Below, one piece after another: positions 28,504 to 36,073 of a stretch of DNA of 64,000 bases. Where the stretch lies: the NCBI GenBank assembly GCA_027482685.1, contig JAIXVU010000001.1, positions 11 to 64,010 on the forward strand, read 5' to 3'. The stretch comes from a bacterium. Its GTDB lineage: Bacteria; Patescibacteriota; Minisyncoccia; Phycocordibacterales; UBA5272. The notes under the pieces are model-generated. The model was not told where the DNA came from. It made no database searches and was given only the letters and a program-made list of their open reading frames with translations. A program made the translations under genes and the position numbers. How positions within the stretch are numbered: the first letter of the stretch is position 1; the number at the start of each line of letters is the position of its first letter.

Positions 28504-28902
28504 ATGAATCCTAATTTTTCTGGTGCGCCATCTCAAAATATACAAAAACCGACTGACATTGAAAGAGAACCATATCTTGATTTAATAAATGATTTTGGTG
28601 TATTTATTAGCCTTAATGCCGTAGCACTTGATACACAAATTATTCCAGGTAAAGAAAAAGAATTATTGGAATTGCGTCAAGTATTAAGAAAGCCTGTCAT
28701 TAACGGCCAAACATTCACTGAGTTTCTTTCTAATAACCATCAAAGTCTGACGAAACCACAAGTTGCGGAGGCTCTTATTTCACAAATTTACAACTTTTTG
28801 TTGTATATAGAGCCAGGACTATCAATATTCACAACAGATGCTGCTTGGCCTAAAAGATTCAATGTTATTAAAGAAAAGTATAGTAAATTAGTACGTGCAT
28901 AA
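28504..28902 (+). CDS. Hypothetical protein (132 aa)
   Basis: ORF immediately follows 28273..28500. No motif recognised. Confidence 0.45.
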   Translation: MNPNFSGAPSQNIQKPTDIEREPYLDLINDFGVFISLNAVALDTQIIPGKEKELLELRQVLRKPVINGQTFTEFLSNNHQSLTKPQVAEALISQIYNFLLYIEPGLSIFTTDAAWPKRFNVIKEKYSKLVRA

Positions 28903-28981
28903 TTTTGGGATATTTGTGGTTGAGTCTACATATTAAATAGACACTTTAGCAGCAGTCTAACTATTTTCTCTGGTATACTGC

Positions 28982-29713
28982 TTGCATATGGATAGACATC
29001 CCGAAATTATCGAGACGACACCAACGATTGGCAACGTGCAAGAACTCCCTCAGGATGTTCCAACACTTCAGGCTGAGGTATTGCGCCTACGAGAGGAAGT
29101 GAGACGTTTACAAGAAGAGGCACTCACAGATAGTCTCACAGGGTTACCTAACAGACGTTACGCTGACCAAGAGATAAAAACTCTTTTCGCCCAAAGAGGG
29201 AGAAATGAGATAGACTCATTCAGTGTTATTGCATTTGATCTAGATGGTTTCAAGGCGATCAATGACAAAGGTGGACACCTCGCAGGGGATGAATGTCTCA
29301 AGATTGTCGCAGAGGAGATCCGGAATACATTACGAACTACCGACTTCTTCGCACGCGAAGGAGGGGATGAGTTTCTTATTTTCCTACGTAACGAGCCACA
29401 TGCAACAACAGTTGCTGAGAATGTGCTCAAGAGAATGAATGACAACGTAACCACAAGGTTACGCGAGTATACAAAGGACGAAACGTCCTGGATATCAGCA
29501 AGTATTGGTCTTGTAACGATAGCAGATGATAGTAGCTTGCGAGGTATCACATCATCAAAGGATGTGCTTACTCAGGCAGACTATGTGAGGTATGTGGTAA
29601 AGGCAGCTGGTAAAAAAGGAGTCTTCACCCTCGAGCAAGCCCGCGAGGTAGACACAGACGGCAGATACTGGAAGCAATTTGTGGAGAATAAAATAGGGAA
29701 GGTCTCAGTGTAA
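28982..29713 (+). CDS. Diguanylate cyclase (GGDEF domain) with N-terminal coiled coil
   Basis: LTGLPNRRY, DLDGFKAINDKGGHLAGDECL and the canonical active site REGGDEFL. Confidence 0.85.
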   Translation: MHMDRHPEIIETTPTIGNVQELPQDVPTLQAEVLRLREEVRRLQEEALTDSLTGLPNRRYADQEIKTLFAQRGRNEIDSFSVIAFDLDGFKAINDKGGHLAGDECLKIVAEEIRNTLRTTDFFAREGGDEFLIFLRNEPHATTVAENVLKRMNDNVTTRLREYTKDETSWISASIGLVTIADDSSLRGITSSKDVLTQADYVRYVVKAAGKKGVFTLEQAREVDTDGRYWKQFVENKIGKVSV

Positions 29714-29810
29714 GTACTATTTAGCAAAAGTGGTTTAAATAGATGTCTATTTTATCTCAACAAAGTTGCAATGTAGTTTGCTGGTAAATATCATTGGATA
29801 AAAAAGAACA

Positions 29811-29840
29811 CACCCCGAACAGCGTCGGGGGTGGGGTGGA
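29811..29840. terminator. GC-rich hairpin (ccccgaac-agcg-tcgggg core) between convergent genes
   Basis: Located between the GGDEF stop and the 3' end of the 29856 ORF. Confidence 0.45.
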
Positions 29841-29855
29841 CCTTGGTGCGATGTG

Positions 29856-30198
29856 TCAGTCATCACTTAGGATATGAAATGAGTGACATGACCTCGCGAT
29901 GAAGGGGATCTCACCCTTTAGTTGTGCGAGCTTACTCTCGGCAACATCGCGTTGCTTGTAGCAGGCGACAACCTGAAGTTCGCCTCGTAGCATCGCAGTT
30001 ACAATAGCGCACTCGAGATCTCGCATCGTGATATCGAGTATCCTCGCAACACGCTCAGCGTGTATGGTGAGGAAGATTATCCTTTCATTTCTGAAGCAAC
30101 GACATACAAAGAGTGCTATACGGACTTCAGGTGGCTCTTTTTGTTGTTCTCTGATATCTGAGGCGGGCCTATGCACCTTATCTGGAGTAGCATACATC
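29856..30198 (-). CDS. Hypothetical protein (about 114 aa), GC-rich with SD
   Basis: ATG chosen at MYATPDK, preceded by GGGAGAAG; the longer ORF starts on TTG. Transcribed divergently from the RhuM-Fic gene. Confidence 0.45.
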
Positions 30199-30309
30199 AG
30201 ATCTTCTCCCGTAATGTAATGAGCAATGCACAAATACTACAACGATTATTGCCCCATCGTCAACTATAGCGGGCAAGGGTATTATTACTTTATCCACAAA
30301 ATATTGAGG

Positions 30310-30338
30310 TTGTTCTATTGATGTAGAACACTTGTTCT
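30310..30338. promoter_or_regulatory. Palindromic operator candidate TGTTCTA-N5-TAGAACActtGTTCTA (GAAC-N4-GTTC, Cheo-box-like)
   Basis: GTAGAACACTTGTTCTAC is a perfect 8+8 inverted repeat 15 nt upstream of the RhuM-Fic ATG. The core matches the Gram-positive LexA box GAAC-N4-GTTC. Confidence 0.5.
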
Positions 30339-30352
30339 ACTAGACTATATAT

Positions 30353-31369
30353 ATGGCAAAGAAAAAACAAACATCAAAAACAACTACAATTTTTAATAAC
30401 AACGTCATTGTCTATCAGACAAAGTCAGGAGCACTCGAGCTAAAGGGTGATTATACAGGTGAGACAGTGTGGGCAACACAGGCGCAGATAGCAGAGGTGT
30501 TTGGTATAGAACGATCCGTTATAACTAAGCACATTAGAAATATTTATAAAGAAGATGAATTAAATGAGAAAGCAACATGTGCAAAAATTGCACAAGTTCA
30601 AATTGAAGGAAAACGTAGAGTTGAACGTGAAGTAGAGCACTATAATCTTGATCTTATTATTTCCGTTGGTTATCGAGTTAATTCAAAGACAGCCACCTCC
30701 TTTCGTCAGTGGGCGACAAGGACGCTTCGTGAACATTTAACTAAAGGGTATACACTGAATAAGAAAGTTATCCTCGAGAACTACGATCAATTTATTAAAA
30801 ATGTGTCCGAAATACAAGCGCTACTTCCGGAGCATGTGACGCTTGACCCAAAGGGAATACTTGATCTAGTAAAAGAATATGCAACAACATGGTCCAAGCT
30901 TGATGCGTATGATAAAGATGAGCTCACCTCAGAAGGTGTCACAAAGAAGAAAATTAAAATTAATGCAGATGAGCTTTCTACTACTGTAGAAACATTCAAA
31001 ACAGAACTTATAAAAAAAGGTGAAGCTACAGAAATTTTCGCACAAGAACGAGCCTCTGGAAATCTAGAAGGTATATTAGGGAATGTGATGCAGTCATTTG
31101 GTGGTTCTGATGTGTATAAGACACTGGAAGAAAAGGCGGCACACCTTCTCTATTTTATGGTGAAGAATCATCCATTTGTAGATGGGAATAAACGCTCAGG
31201 AGCTTTTACTTTTATCTGGTTCTTGAGAAAATCAGGAGTTCGTGGAGCTAAGAACATCAATCCATCCGGACTGACCGCTATTACACTTCTCATTGCAGAA
31301 AGTGACCCAAAGCATAAAGAAAAGGTAGTTGCCCTTGTTGTAGAACTTCTCAAAACAAAAGTGAAATAA
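30353..31369 (+). CDS. RhuM-family N-terminal domain fused to Fic/Doc (death-on-curing-like) domain
   Basis: RhuM signature VWATQAQIAEVFGIERSVITKHIRNIY...YNLDLIISVGYRVNSKTATSFRQWATRTLREH. C-terminal Doc-type motif HPFVDGNKRSGAF. Confidence 0.75.
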   Translation: MAKKKQTSKTTTIFNNNVIVYQTKSGALELKGDYTGETVWATQAQIAEVFGIERSVITKHIRNIYKEDELNEKATCAKIAQVQIEGKRRVEREVEHYNLDLIISVGYRVNSKTATSFRQWATRTLREHLTKGYTLNKKVILENYDQFIKNVSEIQALLPEHVTLDPKGILDLVKEYATTWSKLDAYDKDELTSEGVTKKKIKINADELSTTVETFKTELIKKGEATEIFAQERASGNLEGILGNVMQSFGGSDVYKTLEEKAAHLLYFMVKNHPFVDGNKRSGAFTFIWFLRKSGVRGAKNINPSGLTAITLLIAESDPKHKEKVVALVVELLKTKVK

Positions 31370-31419
31370 TATCTCGTCTATGTTAGAATGCAATGCATTA
31401 AGTATTTATCTAATTAACC

Positions 31420-31454
31420 AGCCCCTAGTCCCTAAACCCTAACCTCTAGCCCTT
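31420..31454 (+). repeat. CCCTAA leader motif (gcccctagtccctaaaccctaacctctagccctt) abutting ychF start
   Basis: Ends at the nucleotide before the ychF ATG. Confidence 0.55.
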
Positions 31455-32552
31455 ATGTCTCTCTCTATCGGAATCGTCGGCCTACCAAATGTTGGTAAGT
31501 CAACACTATTCAATGCTATCACCAAGAAATCTGTTCCAGCAGATAACTATCCGTTCTGTACCATTGATCCATCAGTAGGTATCGTTCCTGTACCAGATGC
31601 ACGTCTAGAAGTCCTCTCAAAAATTTCTAGTTCAAAGAAGATAATCCCAGCTATCGTTGAGTTCGTCGATATTGCAGGACTAGTAAAAGGTGCAAGTGAA
31701 GGGCAAGGACTAGGCAACCAATTCCTCTCACATATTCGTGAGACAGATGCAATTGCTGAGGTGGTACGTATCTATGAGAACGGTGACCTCATCCACGTAG
31801 AAGGGACAGTTGACCCGCTTCGTGATATCGAGATCATCAATATGGAGCTCATACTAGCTGATATGTCTACGGTTGAGAAGCGTATACAGACTATCGGTCG
31901 TGATGTAAAGCGTGGGGATAAGGATGCTATAAAACTAGACGAGCTACTCAAGCGTCTGAAGAGTCACCTAGAAGAAGAAAAACTCGCCAACAGACTATCG
32001 CTTGATGAAGAAGAGAAGCGACTCGTGAAAGAACTTCATTTGATCACGATGAAACCTTTTCTCTATGTACTCAACAAGCAATCAGGTGGCAAGAACCTAG
32101 ATGAAATGGGGGACGATAGATTTACCAAGCTAATAGCGTATTTCAAAGAGCATAACTTCCAGTATGTGGTGGTAGATGCCAAGATAGAAGATGAGCTCAA
32201 AGAGTTTGAAGGCGAGGAGAAGGAAATGATGCGTGCTGAGCTCGGCGCGCATGATAATGGAGTAGATGGACTTATCAAAGCCGGATATGATCTTTTAGGC
32301 CTTGAGACATACCTCACCACAGGGGAGATGGAGACACGTGCATGGACTGTAAAAAAGGGGAGTACCGCACCAGTAGCAGCTAGTGCGATACACACGGACT
32401 TCGAGCAGAAGTTTATACGCGCAGAAGTTGTTGCGTATGATGACCTTGTGAAGGCAGGAGGCTTCGCGGAAGCAAAGTCACAAGGTGTACTACGGACAGA
32501 AGGGAAGGAGTATATTGTTCACGACGGTGACGTCATCGAATTTAAGATATAA
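31455..32552 (+). CDS. ychF: Ribosome-binding ATPase YchF (Obg-family GTPase fold)
   Basis: GIVGLPNVGKSTLFNAIT P-loop, DIAGLVKGASEGQGLGNQFL and the C-terminal TGS domain. Confidence 0.92.
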   Translation: MSLSIGIVGLPNVGKSTLFNAITKKSVPADNYPFCTIDPSVGIVPVPDARLEVLSKISSSKKIIPAIVEFVDIAGLVKGASEGQGLGNQFLSHIRETDAIAEVVRIYENGDLIHVEGTVDPLRDIEIINMELILADMSTVEKRIQTIGRDVKRGDKDAIKLDELLKRLKSHLEEEKLANRLSLDEEEKRLVKELHLITMKPFLYVLNKQSGGKNLDEMGDDRFTKLIAYFKEHNFQYVVVDAKIEDELKEFEGEEKEMMRAELGAHDNGVDGLIKAGYDLLGLETYLTTGEMETRAWTVKKGSTAPVAASAIHTDFEQKFIRAEVVAYDDLVKAGGFAEAKSQGVLRTEGKEYIVHDGDVIEFKI

Positions 32553-32556
32553 ATTA

Positions 32557-32665
32557 CCCCATCTACTTTGTCGCTACGAAATTTTCCTCAGTCATCGTAG
32601 GTCTACTACGACTCTTTCAAAAATTTCTAAGCTTCGCATATCTGAGGCAATTTCTATCTTAAATC
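32557..32665 (+). repeat. 3'-UTR repeat element copy A (catctactttgtcgctacgaaattttcctcagtcatcgtaggtctactacg...tctgaggcaattt)
   Basis: Starts 5 nt after the ychF stop. About 75% identical over about 105 nt to the element after alaS. Contains the hairpin cgtag-gtcta-ctacg. Confidence 0.6.
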
Positions 32666-32714
32666 TGCATAGAATCTATAATAATTTTTGAATTTTGAAG
32701 TATAATATATACAT

Positions 32715-32769
32715 CACCTCATCTACTTTGTCGCTACGAAATTTTCCTCAGTCATCGTAGGCCTACTAT
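32715..32769 (+). repeat. 3'-UTR repeat element copy B (partial direct duplicate of copy A)
   Basis: cacctcatctactttgtcgctacgaaattttcctcagtcatcgtaggcctacta is 52/53 identical to the 5' half of copy A, 160 nt downstream. Confidence 0.6.
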
Positions 32770-32853
32770 CAATGATATATACAGATATGGTATTATGTGG
32801 TATAGTGTGAAGCGAAACAGTTCTGTTTTACCCACTACCATGGAGGTTATGCA

Positions 32854-33159
32854 ATGGAAAATTCAACCGAAGAGTCCAATGTCCATGCAGGAAACGTTGA
32901 CAAGACACCTGCATTTCTCGCATATGAGTTTGCCGTCAAGCTCGTACAAGAACATGGGTTCCCAACGACTGACCCGCTCGTTGCTTACCTCTACGCAGAT
33001 GAGATGATGACGAGCTTGGTAGCGTTCAAGGACCTCTGTGTGGTCTTGGAATTTGCGGAGGGTCTTCCTAAAACAATTCCAGACCTGTTTCATATCAAGC
33101 ATCTTGAGAAGATGAAGCAGGCACTCGAAGATAAACAATCCAATAAAAAATCCTCATGA
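32854..33159 (+). CDS. Hypothetical protein (101 aa), GC-rich with strong SD
   Basis: GGAGGT lies 6 nt before the ATG. About 47% GC. Private terminator. Lies just after the duplicated repeat element. Confidence 0.5.
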   Translation: MENSTEESNVHAGNVDKTPAFLAYEFAVKLVQEHGFPTTDPLVAYLYADEMMTSLVAFKDLCVVLEFAEGLPKTIPDLFHIKHLEKMKQALEDKQSNKKSS

Positions 33160-33169
33160 GGGTTGTTGG

Positions 33170-33197
33170 GCCACGCGGTACTCCGCGCGGCTTTTTC
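33170..33197 (+). terminator. Terminator gccacgcgg-tact-ccgcgcggc plus T-run
   Basis: GC hairpin followed by ttttt. Confidence 0.7.
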
Positions 33198-33268
33198 TTA
33201 TGGGTTTTTTATTGCTTAATAAATGAAATAAAAATCTATTTGAATTGTAGTATTATGAGTAGAACAAT

Positions 33269-33841
33269 ATGACTGAAGAACAAGCAACTTTGACAGATGA
33301 AGATATTGCAATCTGCGTATGTAATGGAGATAAAGATTTGTATGGAGTTCTCATTGATAGGTATGAATCAAAATTAACACGCTATGTTAAACGATTCACA
33401 CAACATGAGGAAGATGTCCTTGATATCATACAAACTATTTTTATAAAAGCATATATACATCTACAGAGTTTTGACAGTAAGCGATCTTTTAATAGCTGGA
33501 TATATCGTATTGCGCATAATGAAAGTGTGAATTATCTGAAGAAGCGAGGGGGAGAGAAAATTTCATTTATTGATTTTGATACATTTCTTCCATATTTATT
33601 CGCGCAAGAAGAGTCTGACAAGCTAGCTCTTGATGACGAGACTAAACGTCTCATGGATGCAAGTTTACAAAAAATACCACCAAAGTATCGAGAAGTATTG
33701 GTGCTTTTCTTTTATGAAGAATTATCATATCAAGAAATTGCAGATGTGCTCCATATACCGATTTCAACCGTTGGGGTACGTATTAAACGAGGAAAAGATG
33801 CATTAGAAAAAACTTTAACAGCTAATCACTATCAATCATGA
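33269..33841 (+). CDS. ECF-type RNA polymerase sigma factor (sigma-70 region 2 and region 4)
   Basis: Region 2 (IIQTIFIKAYIHLQSFDSKRSFNSWIYRIAHNESVNYLKK) and region 4 HTH (LSYQEIADVLHIPISTVGVRIKRGKDAL). Confidence 0.85.
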   Translation: MTEEQATLTDEDIAICVCNGDKDLYGVLIDRYESKLTRYVKRFTQHEEDVLDIIQTIFIKAYIHLQSFDSKRSFNSWIYRIAHNESVNYLKKRGGEKISFIDFDTFLPYLFAQEESDKLALDDETKRLMDASLQKIPPKYREVLVLFFYEELSYQEIADVLHIPISTVGVRIKRGKDALEKTLTANHYQS

Positions 33842-34638
33842 CAATCAAAAATAATATTTTAGATACACTTCATACTAAGAACCTAAAGATGATACCTAGG
33901 TGGCAATTCATCGTGTATTCTATTTTGGTAGTACTTGGCCTGGTCTTTATTTTTTTGGTTACGGTATTTTTCTTTAGCTTGATGCTCTTTGTACTTTCGC
34001 GTTACGGGTACATGTATATGCCATTCTTTGGTTTTATGGCAACCTTGAAGGCATTATCTGCGATCCCACTTCTTCTCTTTGGAGCTACAATTATCCTTCT
34101 TGTTTTAATTGAGGTTATTTCTCGCAAATATACTATTTCTTTTAAGAGACCACTTATTGTTACTCTTTTATCAACCACTTCATTTGTGGTAATAGTTAGT
34201 TTTATCATCAGCGAGACATCAATGCATGACTATATTCATACATATGCCAAGTCTCGTCGTATTGATATCATGTCACGTGCATATGACAGGCCAATACCGT
34301 TTAAGCTAAAGGATGATATGACAGTAGTTCGAGGGGAGGTAGTTGCAACGACAAGCACAAGTACTTCTATCAGGCTTTTTGATGGAGTTATCCTTACCGC
34401 GTATGCGAGTACTTCACTCATGGATAGATTCATTCAGCCGGAAATCGGAAAAGATATCATACTCTTGGGGACATTCCTAGGTGATCGTATTGAAATACTT
34501 GATATTCGTGCGGCACCTCGCGCGACATTTGGTAGACATATGGGTGGCGGGAAGCATATGCACGATGGAGTCAGGGGTAGTATGTCAAATGATATCGGTA
34601 TGCCGATAATTCGAGTTCAAACTGGGGTAGATAAATAG
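33838..34638 (+). CDS. Membrane protein, putative anti-sigma factor
   Basis: Translationally coupled to the sigma factor (ATGA overlap). Multi-TM N-terminal half plus a C-terminal soluble domain. Confidence 0.5.
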   Translation: MTIKNNILDTLHTKNLKMIPRWQFIVYSILVVLGLVFIFLVTVFFFSLMLFVLSRYGYMYMPFFGFMATLKALSAIPLLLFGATIILLVLIEVISRKYTISFKRPLIVTLLSTTSFVVIVSFIISETSMHDYIHTYAKSRRIDIMSRAYDRPIPFKLKDDMTVVRGEVVATTSTSTSIRLFDGVILTAYASTSLMDRFIQPEIGKDIILLGTFLGDRIEILDIRAAPRATFGRHMGGGKHMHDGVRGSMSNDIGMPIIRVQTGVDK

Positions 34639-34836
34639 AATTATTTTAATGTTTTGCCAGCTTGAAAATGATAATTGACTATTTTTAAGCCGGTTAACTA
34701 GATTTAATCTAGAGGTGAAATAAAATATCTACACATCATGTAGTACATAGTGAGAGGGGGAAGGTATATCCTATGAACTAATTTTTCCTCTCCAGTCATA
34801 CATTTGACTATTACTACAAATAACTATCGTATAATC

Positions 34837-35295
34837 ATGAAATCTACAATAAAAAAAGCATCACTCTTAGGAGCGCTAGGTATGGCAGTAGCAGGCGTTG
34901 CAACTGCTTCTGCTATGGGGTTCGGTGGTTTTGGTGGCGGAATGATGAGCACTCTTACAACGGATGAAATTGCGACACGTCAGACAACTATGTTTCAAAA
35001 ACAAGCAGAGCTTATCGGCGCAACTACTGATGAAATCAAGAACGCTTGGGCTGATGGAACAGACTTTCTTACTTTTGCTAAATCAAAAGGGGTAACCGAG
35101 GAAGCTCTCAAGGTCAAATTGCAAGCTGTTCGTGTTGCAGAGTTAAAGACACAGCTAGATATGCTCGTTAGTAAAGGTGTCATCACCCAAGCACAGGCAG
35201 ACAAGCGATTAGCCACCATGCAAACCAAAATGACAAATAAGAAATCATTTGGTATGGGTCGTGGTCATCACGGGATGATGGGCGGATTATTTTAG
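34837..35295 (+). CDS. Secreted Gly/Met/His-rich protein (putative periplasmic metal-binding)
   Basis: Signal peptide MKSTIKKASLLGALGMAVAGVATASA. GFGGFGGGMM and GMGRGHHGMMGGLF Met/His clusters resemble Cu-binding motifs. The ORF track starts 11 codons earlier. Confidence 0.5.
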   Translation: MKSTIKKASLLGALGMAVAGVATASAMGFGGFGGGMMSTLTTDEIATRQTTMFQKQAELIGATTDEIKNAWADGTDFLTFAKSKGVTEEALKVKLQAVRVAELKTQLDMLVSKGVITQAQADKRLATMQTKMTNKKSFGMGRGHHGMMGGLF

Positions 35296-35370
35296 TGCAC
35301 ATCTCTTGCGAATGTAAGGGATGTATAAAAACAATAGTTGTTCTTTAATAAAAGTATAATTATATATTGC

Positions 35371-35404
35371 AAAACAGGCGCCCTAAATGGAGGCGCCTGT
35401 TTTG
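35371..35404 (+). terminator. Terminator aaaacaggcgcc-ctaaatgg-aggcgcctgtttt
   Basis: 12-bp stem plus T-run after the secreted-protein gene. Confidence 0.7.
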
Positions 35405-35552
35405 TTTTTTAGAGAAGTGAAACATCCTTATAGCTTGCCCTGAGTTTGTAAAAGGAAGGTGGGGGATAGTTTGCCGAGTAGACAAAGCACGGTATCAATT
35501 TTTGCAAATTAATTTTTAAACATGTAGAGTATCCCATAGATCCACGTAGGTC

Positions 35553-35885
35553 GTGGAAGGAGAAATGGTGATGAGCGATATCAATCGAGAGTTCGATACA
35601 ACTGTTGAACTTGTGAGGGCAGCTGAGATTGAGCTAATCCAACATATTGGAGAAGTAAACGCCAGAAAACATGAGCTACTCTCCTACAAATTTCTCAAGT
35701 TCAACAGTGAGAAAGAGTATGCCTGGCAGGCGTTATTGCGTAGGTTCTCAAGAAACCCAGAGCAAAAAGGAAACGTGCAAGGTGTCGAAGAGCTCACCTT
35801 TGCACTTCGTGCGTACCTTGCGGCACTAGAAGCAGAACTAGAAAAGCCGCTAGAAGTACAGCAAAAGCAAAGTACTGCAAGCTAG
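35553..35885 (+). CDS. Hypothetical protein (110 aa), GC-rich with strong SD
   Basis: GGAAGGAGAA directly precedes the ATG. No known motif. Confidence 0.5.
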   Translation: MEGEMVMSDINREFDTTVELVRAAEIELIQHIGEVNARKHELLSYKFLKFNSEKEYAWQALLRRFSRNPEQKGNVQGVEELTFALRAYLAALEAELEKPLEVQQKQSTAS

Positions 35886-35931
35886 GGTGTATCTGATGTT
35901 GCTACTTCATCTTCAGATTTTTGAAAGGGTC

Positions 35932-35960
35932 AAGCGCGCCGTAGGCGCGCTTTCTTTTTA
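35932..35960 (+). terminator. Terminator aagcgcgcc-GTAG-gcgcgctt plus T-run
   Basis: GTAG-loop hairpin family member. Confidence 0.7.
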
Positions 35961-36073
35961 TACATACTGCAACGCTAGAATCTCATCACCATCTTTGCTA
36001 TAATCAAACTACTAATTTTGTATTTAGAATTGTATCTGTATCAACTAGACCTAACCTTTACCTACCTAGTACT

